Of a stretch of 64,000 nt of DNA, positions 16,663-30,300 are shown in pieces. The DNA is taken from NCBI RefSeq assembly GCF_009914755.1, contig NC_060948.1. One strand, given 5' to 3'. The DNA is from the human T2T-CHM13v2.0 reference genome, Homo sapiens. Each line of letters begins with the position of its first letter. The first letter of the stretch is position 1. The translations under genes and the position numbers were made by a program. The notes beneath the pieces were generated by a model that saw nothing but the letters and a program-made list of their open reading frames with translations, did not search any database and had not been told where the DNA came from.

Positions 16663-19248
16663 AATCACTCCACCTAGATGCTGGGGTCAGCAGTATGTAA
16701 TAAACTTTCCTCTTGGCAAAGTATAGAATATGAAGGAAAGTAACATCACTTAGGTTTTGCAATCAGAGGTATGTCACAATTTATTTGGTAAGTGGGACCC
16801 AGGCAGGAGGGGAGAGTCACTTTACCAAGTTTTTAAGTCAAATCATATTTCACAGTTTCCTCTGGGGGCAGGACACAGGCAGGAGAGACAAATAACCTAA
16901 CTTATTGTCCAAGAGATATGTGACAATATACCCTGTTGGCAGGTTCCACACAGAAGAGTCACATTATTATGATTCTAACCCAGAGATATGCCACAATGCA
17001 CCCAAGAGAAGAAATTTAAACCAAAAATTCTCAACACCTGGGTACTAGGCCTAGTTATATGCCAAATCTTCTTGTCTTTGAGGGTGACACCATTAACTCT
17101 GAGCTGAATGTGTATATGAGAGTCACAATCTCATGTGTTTCCTGGGTTGTTGTATGAACCTTAATATGTACTACATATTAAGTCTTTATACAGCATGCAT
17201 GAGATTTGAAAACCATTTGGAGAACTTCATACTCCTATGGATTCACGATCTTACATACTGCCCTAAAACCACAAATAATAGTCAGTATCTCTGCTGTAGG
17301 CTGGGTCCAGGTATGAAAACCATTATTATGCCTATGAGCTGGATCCAGAAATGAGCCACCATCTGACCTGTGGCCAGATCCATATATGGGCACAATACCA
17401 ACTTGTACTGAATTCACTTGTTAGAATCAGGACCTTAACAGTGTGTTTTGGACACATGGGATGGTGTCAACATCTGCTTTTACCTGGATGTGTAATCAAT
17501 AGTCCCAATCTGAGCTTTATGCAGGTCTTTTTCATAAAACCCTGCCAAGTCTGCCCCACAGAAACAGCCCAAGTGATGGATGAAAGAATATCACTGACAC
17601 ATGTATTTTTCCTGAGAGTGTGGTTAGCTGACTGTATGTTTAACACTGTCGATGAGAGTGCAGCAACAGCATCAGGAGAAGGAGTAGCTGAGACTGTAGC
17701 CACTATGAAGAGAGTGCAAGACCCACCAAAAGGATTCAGCAGCTGCTGAGAGAGTATAATTGCAACAGCAGCAAAGTGTGTAGAGCAGCAGTAGCTGAGA
17801 GTGCAGCGGTGAACATCCGGTGACGCTCAAATTTATTTAGTAGAGATTTAATAACAAAGGCTTGGAGCAAACCCAGTTTGTGTTTAATAAACATTTTCCA
17901 CTTCTCGATTAGAGAGCAGTCCTGCATGCAAATGATCAAAGGTTGGTTTCTGGAGACATATGTAAACCAATGTATGTAGATAAGCCCCTTTGCATTCCCT
18001 CATTATCTTCCCTTTACTCTCAGGCTCTGAGTAAGAGAGTTTGGATGCCTTCAGAGAAAATTCTTTTCCAAAGTTTTGCAAGAAGTCCTGGTGTTCCAGG
18101 AAAATTTGCATATTTCCTATCATTTTTTCCATCACACCCTGACTGATGTCCTACATCTCCCTCTTTTCTTTCTTTTTTTTTCATCAAGTTTTGTTTACTG
18201 AAGACTACAGATGTCTGCAGCAACAGGATTGTCAGATACCGTGCTTATAAGTGGTATTCTGGCTTTGCATCCTAGAATTACTAAATAACAGAAGACAAAC
18301 ATGAATATAATCATAAACATTCTATTCCAATCAAGGAGTGGCATGTAGTGTTAATTGGCACCTCAGTTCAATGTGTGCTGTTACTAACGAATCCCACTGC
18401 GGGTATTTTAACACTTTCTATCCAAGCAGTTGCATTGTTAGAAGCTGGGAAGGGGGTTTCTGTCTAAGTAACAGGACAGTAGAAAGGCTGATTTAAAAGA
18501 TGTGCCTAATAGAGTGTAGGAGATATGGGATGCAGGCAAAGTAAGAAAATAAGAAAGGTTAATAAAACATAACAAGGAACAAATTTTCTGGAGTGAATCG
18601 TGTCTGTGTCCAGAGCAGGATTCACTCAGCCTTCTGAATTGTCTTCTTCAGCCTCCCTCTGGTAATGTCTGGGGGCATGAGTTGTATAAATAAGCCACAT
18701 TCTGGGGGACTGTGGGGTTTGCATGGTTATTTCCTTTATTTCTGGTACCGGGTTGCATTTTAGCTATGCTATGTTTAGGTTTGATATATTGTATTGGAAT
18801 TCAAAGAGGGCCTGAGGAGGTGTGAACATAAGCATACCCTCTTACCCATGTTAGCAAATTATTTGGACCATACCATACATGACTAACCAAATCTTTCTAT
18901 AAAACTGTGGGGTTTATGTCTTGAGAGGTTTTAGCAAAGTTCTTTTATATAGCTGAAATTTGTCATTTAAATTTAAGAAATTAAGGGTAAAGAAAACTTG
19001 TACTAGTAGTGTTGCAGGGTCTTTACTCATATTCCTTCTTCTTTGTTTTCTGAGGCAATATTTAAGAGAGCAATGGACATATTGTGTCCTTGGGGTTTAT
19101 ATGGGATGCCTGTGGAATGTAGGACACTCCATATATGAAAAAATTGTGTCAATTGTGAGATGACATATGCCAGAATAATTTTGCAATTAGGCAATCCTTT
19201 TTTACTGAGGATCAAAGCCTGCTTTACGTGATAACTGTCACACAGTAG

Positions 19249-19914
19249 TGTTACTGGTGGGTCTTTGTTCTCAGAGCTGCCAAGATGGTGGCAGGCAACT
19301 TCCAAGATGGTGGCAAGTCTTTTGTTCTCTGACCAAGTGTTCTTGGCCTCATGGTTTCAAAGGATTGAAATTTTTTTACCATGTGGTGGATGTTATAGCT
19401 CTATTTTCTAATAGAGCTATTAGATGTAGGTCATGGAAGAGAATGGTGGAACCCAGCAACTAGTGTTCAGCTCTATTAGGATGAATCTGAAGTCAGTGGC
19501 GAGTCTGTGATGGTGGTGACCAGCACTGGTGGATGGCAAACAAAAGCTCAGCTCAAGCTGGAACAAACATGGACCAGAAGAGTGTGCAGTTTTAAGATTT
19601 AATAGAGTGAAAACAGAGGTCCCATACAATGAGAGGGGACACAAAGTGGGTTGCCTCTGCTGGGACAAATGCCTGGGTATATATATCCCAATAATTGTCC
19701 CTTCCATTGTGCTGTCAGGTGATATATGATTTGATTATTTCTTTACCTCCTGCTTTCAGCCTAATTGGTACTTTAGGGAGCTCTCTTTCCTACCTGATTT
19801 GTTGGGTGTGAGCTGAGTTACAAGCCCCGGGATTAAAGGTGGGTGTGGTCACGTTCCCCAGCCAGGCTTAGAATTCCTAGTTGGTCTAGGAAATCCAGCT
19901 AGCCTTTTCTCTCA
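19249..19914 (-). mobile_element. Solo LTR17 (HERV-W) nested in HML-5 pol
   Basis: Minus strand begins TGAGAGAAAAGGCTAGCTGGATTTCCTAG; GTAG 4-bp TSD on both sides; ~110-120 bp shorter than the LTR17s at 40 and 46 kb. Confidence 0.92.
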
Positions 19915-21119
19915 GTAGGACTGCTGAGCATCCCTTGAGGAAGTACTTTCTAATTAAATCTGTGAGCTGACCTTTCATTATTGCTAGCTGCTATGGTAAA
20001 TGCAAATTATTATGTTCTGTTCTTCAATGGGAATAGTATAAAAGCAGCCTTTTAAGTCAATAATGACCATAGACCAATCTTGAGGAATAGCCATGGGTGA
20101 AAAGAATCTCCTGTTGAAGGGGTGTGCAAATTAGCATTGATAGGCCATAAATCATGCACAATCTCCATTTGTGAGACATTTTTTGAATGAAGAAAAAGGG
20201 CAAATTCCGAGGGCTGTTTGATGTCTTTATATAGCCAGCTTCTGATTGCTCCTCAGCTTATTCATGGGCTTGTTGTAACTTCTCTCCCTTTAAAAGCTTC
20301 TGTTCTCCCCAAATCGCATTTTAAGAGAGCCATGTCCAGGGAAGGGGAGGAATAACAGTGCCCATTATCAGAAAGAAGTCTGTAAAGTGACCTTGATTAA
20401 CCCTCTCATAAATGGGCTAGTGGTTACATTTTTTCTAATGCTTTTTCTTATTTCTTTATGTACATGATTGCCTTGTTGATTTTTGGGCAGGACAAGATTT
20501 CCCCTTCTAATGCCACTTGCCTAAGACAGGGTCCCATATCTGTAGCATATTCCTTGTCCTTTCTCTAATTTATTGGAGGAGGGAGCTCAGGGGAAAACCT
20601 CCATTTTCTCTGTGGCACTTTTACTCTCAAATAGTGGAACTGAGGGAGGAGGAGGAGGTTGTAAGGTAGGTGATGATTCTTCCTCCCTTCTCTTCTTATT
20701 CTCTTCTGTGTAGAGTGAGACAAAATCAGTCCTAACTAAGGCTCATAACATTAAAGATGTTACTGGAAACTTACTCTTGTGCCTGATGTTATTTAAGATT
20801 TCTGCCCACTCATTCCCAGAGGTCTATGTTTAGTGTGCCTTCTGGGAACAATTGGTTATGAAAAAACAACAAAAAAAACCCAGTTTGCATTAGGTTCCTT
20901 AATTAAGACTTTGAAACTGAGGCTCCACTAGCTTTAAGCAGCTGTTTCACTATTTTTATATACTGTTGCTGTTGAGCTAATAACTGATGTCCCATGATGA
21001 AACCCTAGCCTGAACAATTCCCTCAAATTTGGAAATCCCAAGCAGGTATCAATGACTTACTCACTGCACAGTCTTTTCACCTTCATTTTTGAGGGTTTCA
21101 TCATGATTTGTTGCAGCAT

Positions 21120-21137
21120 TCCTCACACAGGACACCA
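21120..21137 (-). promoter_or_regulatory. Primer-binding site, tRNA-Met type
   Basis: TGGTGTCCTGTGTGAGGA matches 16/18 to TGGTGCCCCGTGTGAGGA, the complement of the elongator tRNA-Met 3' end. Confidence 0.8.
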
Positions 21138-21256
21138 CCTGCTGCGTCTGTCTCATGGACTCTGGCTGAGCAATGGATGAAAGAAGTTTGCTGACACAGG
21201 TATTTTGCCTGAGAGCTCCACAAAAGGACTGCATGCTCAGCATCACTGGCAAGCAT

Positions 21257-21305
21257 GCAGCAGCAGCAGCAGCAACAACAACAACAACGACTGCAGCAGC
21301 AGCAG
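21257..21305. repeat. (CAG)n(CAA)n trinucleotide run inside the 5' LTR22
   Basis: GCAGCAGCAGCAGCAGCAACAACAACAACAACGACTGCAGCAGCAGCAG. Confidence 0.9.
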
Positions 21306-24300
21306 GAGCCAAGAGTGCAGCCACCACAAAGAGAATGCAGTAGCCACTGATACAGTGTAGCAGCTGCCAAGAGTGCATCATAACAACAGCAAGAGTGCAG
21401 CCCCCAGAAGCCAGTGACACTTGCATTTAGGTAGTACAGAATTAATGACAAAGGCTTGACACAAACAAAATTTTTGGGTAGTAAGATTTTTGACTCCCTG
21501 ACTAGACAGCATTCTTTGTTCATTCATGTGAATGAAAAAAAGATTGGTTTCTGGAAACATAAATACACCAAATTATCTAGATAACTTTCTTTATATTTCC
21601 TTGTTATCTAATATTTGCTTTCAGGTTCTGGGTAAGAGAATTTGTCTGCTTTCAGCCCAAATTATTTTCTGAAGAGTTTGGAATATCTCCCAGCCTTCCA
21701 AGAAGGTTTGCGTTTTTCCTATAATTTTTCCACCACCCTGATACATCTCCTACAAAACTCTCAGTACCACCCAAGGAGTTGACACTTTGTGAGTAAGTGT
21801 TGTAAATTTCAGTGAGTTTGGTATAAATATGAATTACTGGACCTTACCTATTGACCTAAGCCTAGAAATGAAAGGCAAAATATCTCTTATTTGCTGAATC
21901 CCAGTATAAGTTTAACCATCATGACTTAAAACTGAAGTAAGGTATTTGTTATAGTCTCATTTGTGGGCAAAAAAATTGACCAAAGAATAACATCACCTAG
22001 GTGATGTGCCAAGCAACATGTCACAATGCCCTCTCTAGTTAGGATATAGAAATTAGAGTCACATTAACTTGATACTAGATGCACTAATATGACACAATCC
22101 CATATGTGGGGGAAAAAAAAACAGCCAAAAGATGAGAGCTAAAACACCTACATAGTGGGCCAAGGATATGTCAAAATGCCTCATGTGCCTCTCGTACAGT
22201 AATGAAAGTAACATTATCAGAGAATGGGCCTAGAATATGCCATAATTTTCTGTATATACAGGACTCAGGTGAAAGAGTAACATTATATGGGTGCTGGGCC
22301 CTGTGATAGACCAAAATTTCTGATTGTCAGCATGGTTTAGGACAAAAAGGAGTGTCAAATAACCTGAATGCTGGGCTCCGCAATATGCCACAATCTCTCC
22401 ATTGTAAAGACCAGGCAGAAGAAGAGTCACTACACTTAGGTCATGGGCTCAGCGATTTATCTCAGTGTCCCCAGTAGACAGGCCCAGGCAGGAAAACAGA
22501 GTCATATCACCTGGGTGCTTCTTTAGTAAAAATGCACCTGTGGGAAAGTATTTGAGTTAAAAAGTCTCAATACCTGGGTACTAGGCCCAGTGATATGACA
22601 CAGTCTCTTCATTTTGTAGATTGACACCTTTAACTTATAGCTGAGCATGTACATTAGAGTTAAAATCTCACTTGTGTGCTGGGTAAATGTATGGTACTCT
22701 GTACAACATCTGAGTGGTTTATAAAACATGCATGAGACTTCCAAACATTTCTGAGGCCTTCATGCTGGTATGGACCCACAATCTTACATGTTGCCCTAAA
22801 CCCAGGTTTTATAGTAAAAATATCTCCCAATATCAAGGTTAAGGAAGAATACCCATTATTTTGTATGTGGGCTGGGCACCAAAATGAGTCAGCATCCACC
22901 TTGTTGCCCAATCCGGGCATAAAAGTCACAATTTCAACTCTGTGCTGTATTCCCTTGCTGGATTTAGGACCTCAACAGTGCTCATTGTAAATGGGGGATG
23001 GTGGACAATTTTAACTTGACTTTTAACTGAGAGTCCCAATCTGAACATTTTGCTGGGCACTGTTAAGAAACTCTCTACCACCAAAGAGTTTACACACTAA
23101 GTTAGTGTTGTAAGCTTCTATGATCTTGGTACAAATATGCAATGCAGGACTTTATCTATTGCCCTAAACTTAACTATGCAAGGCAAAATACCTCCTATTC
23201 ATTGCATCCCAATAGAAGTTTGATCGTTATGCCTGTGAACTGAAGCAAGGTATATGTCATAATCCCATTTGTGGGCAAAAAAGTAGGCAGGAAGGTAACA
23301 TCACTTAGGTGCTGTGCCAAGCAATATGTCACAATGCCTTCTCTAGGCAAGGTATAAGAAATTGAGTCACATTAACTAGATGTTGGACCCAGCAATATGA
23401 AACCAATCCCACATGTGGAAAAAAAACCAGCCAATTTATGTGAGCCAAAACACCTACATAATGAGCACAAGATATATCAGAATACCTTCAGTGGCTCCAG
23501 CACAGCCAGGAGGGTCATATTAAGGTAGCTGTGTGCAGCAATAGGCAATATGCCATAATTTTGTATTTATGCAGAACCCAGGCAGAAGAGTAACATCTGG
23601 ATTATGCACCTTGCAATAGGTCAAAATACCTTTTTAGTGGACATGATTTGAAAACAGGAGAGCCACATATTCTAAGAGCTGAGCTCAGTAAGGTGTCAAA
23701 ATCCTTCTACCATGAATACACAGAGAGAAAAAGGGAGTCAAAACATGTCAAGGACTCAGAGATATGTCCCAATATCACCAGTAGGCAGAGTTCAGCCACA
23801 TGAGGAGAGTCATATCACATACGTGCTTCCCTAGGAATATGTCACAATTTAACATGTTTACAGAAACCAGGCAGAAAAGCCATATCTCTTGGGAACTTGG
23901 TTCTGAGATATTTCATAAGACTTTCTTATGACATCACCCAGGCCAGAGGGTTACATAACCTATGTGCAGGTTCTTTGCTTATATCACAATGCTCCTTGTG
24001 AGTAGGGCACAAGGAGGGAGCCAGTTTACCAAGGTGATAGGTCTACAGATATGTCAAAATGTTCTCTATGAAGCATAGGCCAGGCAAACGACTACCATAA
24101 CCTGTGTGCATGGCATAGAAATATGTCACTTTCTAGGTTGACAGGGCCCAAACTGTAGAGCCACATAATCTAGGTAGTAGGCCCAGAGTATGTCACAGAG
24201 CCTGCCATTGTGCATGGCTCTGGCAAAAGAGTATCCTCATCTGTGTGCCTGGCCTTGCAATATGTCACTATCATTCCTTAGTGTGGGCCCCATTCCAGAG

Positions 24301-27300
24301 AGAAGAGTTACATCACCTATGAAGTGGAAACAGAAATATGTCACAATAATTGTGGTGGAAATGGAGCAGGCAAGAATGTAACATCACCTGGGTGCTAGAT
24401 CCAGTGACATATCACAATTCCTACTGAGAGAAGTGCCCATCCAGGAGAGTCACACCACCCCACGGTTGGCCTAGGTAGCTATCACAAGCCATATATGGCC
24501 TGAAACAAGTCTGGACAGTCAAGTTACAGAGGTGCTTGGCAAAGATTTATATCACAATTACACTGTCAGAAAATTCAAAAGATAAGATTTACAATACCAT
24601 GCATGTCCTGTTTTCAAATGTGACTATTAATTTTATCCATGTGAGATCATGACCATTCTTACTGTCAACTGGGTATGCATACAAGACTCACAATTTTAAC
24701 TGTTTACTGAGCCCTGCTTTGACTCTATCTGTATAACCCAAAGGCTGTAAAATATGTGTGAGTCTTGTAATATTTTGTAACCTTGGAACAAGAAGGTGAT
24801 CCACGACATCACGCATGTTCCTAAACCTAGTTATAAGAGTCAAAATATCCCTTATTGTTTGAGTCCATATATGAAAGTCATTATCATGCCTATGAGCTGT
24901 GCCTAGGTATATGTTACAATTCCATCTGTGATTATGAAGCAGGCAGAACTGCCACATTACCTAAATGCTGGGCCATAAATATTCCAATATTCTCTTTGTA
25001 AGCAAGGTCTCTTCAGAAAGTCACATAACTTGTGTTCTAGGTCCAGCTATGTGGCAAAATGTCCCCTGTGGGCAGTGTCTAGGCAGAAGAGGGGAGTCAT
25101 ATAACCTAAAATCTGGGTCCAAAAATGTGTCAAAATGCTTCTTGTTGACAGGGCCCAGGCAAGAGTGTCATAACATTTAGATGCAGTGTTTATAAATGCT
25201 ACCATTTCCAAAGAAAGCAGGGTGCAGGCAAGAGAGGAGAGCCATGTAACCTAAACGATTGGTCCAGAAGTATGTTAAAATCCCACCTAGGCACCTTTTT
25301 ATAATAACACAGTTAAATCACCAATATGCTTGTCCCAGGTATTTGTCAAAATCTCATTTGTGGGCTACACCTAGGCAGTATTATTAAATCATTCAAGAAC
25401 TGGGCAAAGGTGTATGGCACAATTACACTTGTGGAAAGGTTTCAGAATAAGAGTCACCATTCTGCACTTATTCTGGCTCCAGGCATATGAGTTGTTTCTA
25501 GGCTTGTCTTATGGTCTCAGATATACAGCATAATATCACTTGTGACCAGAGAGAAGGCAAGAAAGTTACATCATCTATGTGGCAAATCAAAACGCTTTCT
25601 CTGGGCAGAAATTTGACACAAAAGGAGACTAACTTCACCTAGGGAATTGGCCTAGATATAAGTGACAATGACTTTTATGTGCAGTACCAAGCCTGGAGCG
25701 TGACCTCACATTGGTGCTGGGCACAGCAATAAATCAAAATCTTCCTGTTGTCACAATACAGGCAAAAGGGAAGAAACATCTTGTAAAAGCTGAGTCAAGT
25801 GATATATTATATAATGCTTCCTGTTGGCAGAACGTAAAAGAAGAATCATATCACCTGGGTGCTTTGCCCAGTTATATTTCACAATGCACTGTAAGTGCAT
25901 GGAACCAAGGCAATAGTCACAATTCCAACTTTGTGCTGTATCCCCTTGTTAGACTCAGGACCTCAACAGTGGGCATGGTAAATGTCAGATGATGACAACC
26001 TTTAATTTCGCATGTGTGTGTAACTAAGTGTCCCAATCTAAACTTGTTGCTGGGCCCTGCTTTCTCTAAAGGCCCTTTCTACCACCAAAGGGCTTATACA
26101 ATGTAAATTAATGTAGAAAGATTCTGTGAACTTGTTACAAATATGCAACCCAGGATCTTATCAAATGCCCTAAGCCTAACAATGAGAGGCAAAATATCTT
26201 TTATTGGTTGAATCCCAATACAAGTTTGATTATCATGCCTGTGAACTGAAGACAGGTATATGTCATAATCCCATTTGTGGGTAGAAATATTAGGAAGGAG
26301 CGTAACATCATTTAGATGTTTTGCCAAGCAATACATCACAATGCCTTCTCTAGGCAGTGTATAGGACATTGGGTTACATTAACTTGATTCTTAACACACT
26401 AATATAACATCATTCCACGTGTGGAAAATATTCAAGCCAAGTTATGAGAGCCAAAACACCTACATAATGGGCCCAAGATATGTCAAAATATGTTTCCTGG
26501 CTCCAGCATAAACAGGGCAGTCACATCCAAAATATGCTGCACCCAGCAATATGCAATATGCCATAATTTCCTCTTTATGCAGAATCCAGGTGGAAGAGTA
26601 ACATAATCTGGGTGTTTGGCCCTGTAATGCATCAAAATTACTTTTTTGTGGTCATCATTAGGGAGAAAGATGAGACTCACATACCCTGAATGCTGGGTTC
26701 AACAATGTGTCAAAATCCTTCTATTGTGAAGGCCCAGACAGAAAAAGAGAGTCACTTCTCTTAGGTTATGTACTCAGAGTTATATATCAGCGTCCCCAGT
26801 AGGAAAGAATCAGGTCAACAAGGAGAGTCATGTCACCTAGGTGCTTCCTAGAAATATGTCACAGTGTAATATGAGGGCAGAATCCAGGCAGAAGACCCAC
26901 ATCACTTGGGTGCTGGGTCCTGAGATATGTCACAAGCCACTCTTAGGAAAAGCCCAGACAAGAGAATTACATTACCTCAGTGCAGGTTCTCTGCTTAAGC
27001 CTCAATAATACATGTGGGTAGAGTCCAAGGAGGGAGTCCCTTCACCTAGGTGATAGGCCCAGATATATGTCAAAATGTTTTCTATGAAGCACAGTACTGG
27101 CAAATTAGTACCATCACCTCTGCCCCGGCCCAGAATTATGCCACTCTTCAGGTTGGCGAGGCTGAAGCAGGAAAGTGAAAAACCTACGTGATAGGCCCAG
27201 AGATATGTTTTAATGTCCTCCTTTGGGTATGGCTCTGGTGAAAGAATACTATCATCTGTTTGCCTGACCTTGTAATATGTCATTATCCTTTATCTGTGTA

Positions 27301-30300
27301 GGGCCCATTCCAGAGAGGAGAGTAACAACACCTATGAGGGGAACACAGAAATAAGTCTCAATAATTTTTGAAGACACGGAACAGCAAGAATGTAACATCA
27401 ATTGGATGTTAGATCCAGGGTTATGTCACAATACTTACTGTTAGAAAAGCCCAGGTAGGAAAGTCACATCACCTCAAGGTTGGCAAAGGTAGATATCACA
27501 ATCCCATATATGAGCTGGAATAAATCTGGAGAGTTAAATTACACAGGCTCTTGGCAAAGATTTATATCACAATCACATTGTCAGAAAATTCCAAAGATGA
27601 GATTTACAGTACCACATGTATCCTGTTTGTATGTGTGACAGTTGGTTTTATGCATGTGAAATGATGACTGTACTTACTGTCAGCTGGGTTTACATACAAG
27701 ACTCAAAATTTTAAATGTGTGCTGAGCCTTGCTTTGACTCTGTCTGTATAAACCAAAGACTTTGTAAAATATGTATGAATGTTATATTATTTCATGACTT
27801 TGTACATGAAGGTGATGAAGGACATCACATATGTCCCTAAACTTAGTTGTAAGAGTCAAAATATCCTCTATTGGTTAACCCCACGTATGAGAGTCATTAT
27901 CATGCTTGTGAGCCATGCCTATATATATGTTACCTTATATGTTATATTAATATGTTATATTTTGCTGGTCCCTGTCATGAAACTGTCTGTACCACCAAAA
28001 GAGGTTATAAATTATGAGTTAGTGCTGTAAAGTCCTGTGAGCTTTGTAGCAATATGCAAATCAGGACATTAACTATTGTGCTAAGTCTAATGATGAAAGG
28101 CAAAAATGTCCCCTGCTGGCTGAATCCCAGGTTAAGTTTGACCATCATTACTGTGAACAGAAGTCAAGTATAGGTAATAGTCCCATATGTGGGGAAAAAA
28201 CTAGGCAGGAGGGTACTATCACTTGGGTGGTGTACCAAGCAGTGTGTCACAATGCCCTCTTGAGGCAGAGTATAGGAATTAGAGTCACATTAACTGGGTG
28301 ATGGACTCAGCAATATGACACCATCCCACATGTGGAAAAAAACTGCTAAGTTATCAGAGCCAAAATACTATGTAATGGGCCTAAGATATAACAAAATACC
28401 ATCTGTGGCTCCTGCACAGGCATGAGCATCACATTTTCAGGTTGCTGAGCCCAGTAATATGCCCTAATTTTCTCTATATGCAGGATGCAGATAAAAGAGT
28501 AACACTGCATGCTGAGCCCTCCAATAAATGAAAACTTGTGTTTGTGGGCATGGTTTGAGAAAAAAAAAAAGGTGAATCAAATAAACTGAGTGCTAGGCTC
28601 AGCAATATGTCACAATCCTCCCATTGTAAAGACCAGGTAGGAGAAAAGAGTAACTTCACTAATATCATGGGCTCATAGATATATCCCAGTGTCCCCTATA
28701 GGAAGGTTCCAGGCAGAAAAGGAAAGTCATATTGCCTAGGTGCTTCCCTAGATACATGTCACAATCTCATGAGTGGGTAGAAACAGACAGAAAAGCTACA
28801 TCACCTGGGTGCATCCTGATGTAATGTGTCACCACACCCAATGTAAACAGATTTTAAGATTAAAAAAAAAAACAGAATCACAACACCTGGGTGTTGGGCT
28901 CAGCAGTATGTAATAGTTCTCTTTCTGGGCAGCGTCAAGGAAAAAGAGTAGAGTCATGTCACCTAGGATTTGCACTCAGTGGCATGTCACAATTTCTTCA
29001 GCAGGCAGAATCCAGGCAGGAGAGGAGAGTCACATTACCTAGATGCTACATCTATCGATATGTCATAGTGTTCCCTGTGGGTAGTACACTGGCAGGAGAG
29101 ACACTGGGGTCTTCAGCCAACAATGCAATAAAAACCACACGAGGAAGAAACCCAACAAATTGATGACAGCCAAAAAACCTACAGAATGGGCCAAAGATAT
29201 TTCAAAATACCTTTTGTGGCTCTGGCACAAGCCAAAGAGTCACATCATTAGGGAGCAGGGTGAAGCAATATGCCATAATTCCCTCTTTATTAATGACCAA
29301 GGCAGAAAAGAAACAGCATCTGGGTTCTGGGCGCTGAAATATACAGCAAAAGTCCTGTTTGTGGGCATTGTTCAGCAACAAGACAGGTGTCAGTTTACCT
29401 AAGTGCTGCAGCTGGACTCCTCAGTGTATTACAGTCCTGCCATTGTTAAGGCTAAGATAGAAGAAGAGAGTCTTATCACTTAGGTCATGGGCTCAGACAT
29501 AAGGCCAAGCTAGCAGTAAGCAGGGCTCAGGCAGAAAAAACAAGTTATATCACCTAGGTGCTTATTTAGGTATATGCCACAATTTTATATGTGGGTAGAA
29601 ACCAGGCTGAAGAGCTACATCACCTGGCCCAGGTACCTGAGATATTCACAAGTCCCTCTTAAAAAAATTACCCAGGCAAGAGAGTTATGTCACCAAAGTG
29701 CAGGATTCATCCTTATATCGCAATGCTTCATGTAGGCAAGGCCAAGCCGTAAGTCACGTCACCAAGGAGATAGTCCCAGAGATAAGTCACAAAGCCTTCC
29801 TTAAAGCATGACCCTGTCAGAAGAGTACCATCATCTCAATGCCTGGCCTAGAATTATGCCACTATTCAAGTAGGAAATTCCCAAACAGAACAGCCATATA
29901 ACTTACATGATATGCCCTGTGATATGTCAAAATGTCATATCTTGGAAATGGCTCTTGCAAAAGAATATCATCACCTGTGTGTATGGCCTAGGAATATGTC
30001 ACTATTTTGCACTGTGTGCAGGGCCCATTCCAGAGAAGAGTTTTGTCTCATAACTGAGGGACACAGTGGTATGTCACAATCATGTCTGTGGGAATGGTGC
30101 AGCCAAGAATGTAACATCACCTGTGTGCTGGATCCAGTGATGTCACAATACTTACTGAGAGCAGGGCCCAAGAAGAACAATCACATCACTTCAAGGTTGA
30201 CCAAGTTAAATATCAAAATTCCATTTGTAGGCTCGCACCTGTCTGAAGAGTGAAATCACACAGGTGTTTGACAAAGATATATATCACAGTCACAATGGAA

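Larger units (their letters stand above)
17543..21754 (-). mobile_element. HERV-K(HML-5)/HERVK22 provirus, heavily deleted; LTR22 at 21140-21754 (5') and 17543-18155 (3')
   Basis: LTRs start TGTAGGA.AT...TCAGGGTG on minus; PBS at 21120-21137; polypurine tract at 18156-18175; gag start near 20995, RT remnant (IIDLKGCF), integrase remnant (HSTGIPYKPQG); 6-bp TSD AAACCC/AAACTC. Confidence 0.88.

Noticed and set aside
21061-21523. Poly-Ala/Val and poly-Cys ORFs
   Set aside because: Produced by the CAG/CAA run inside LTR22
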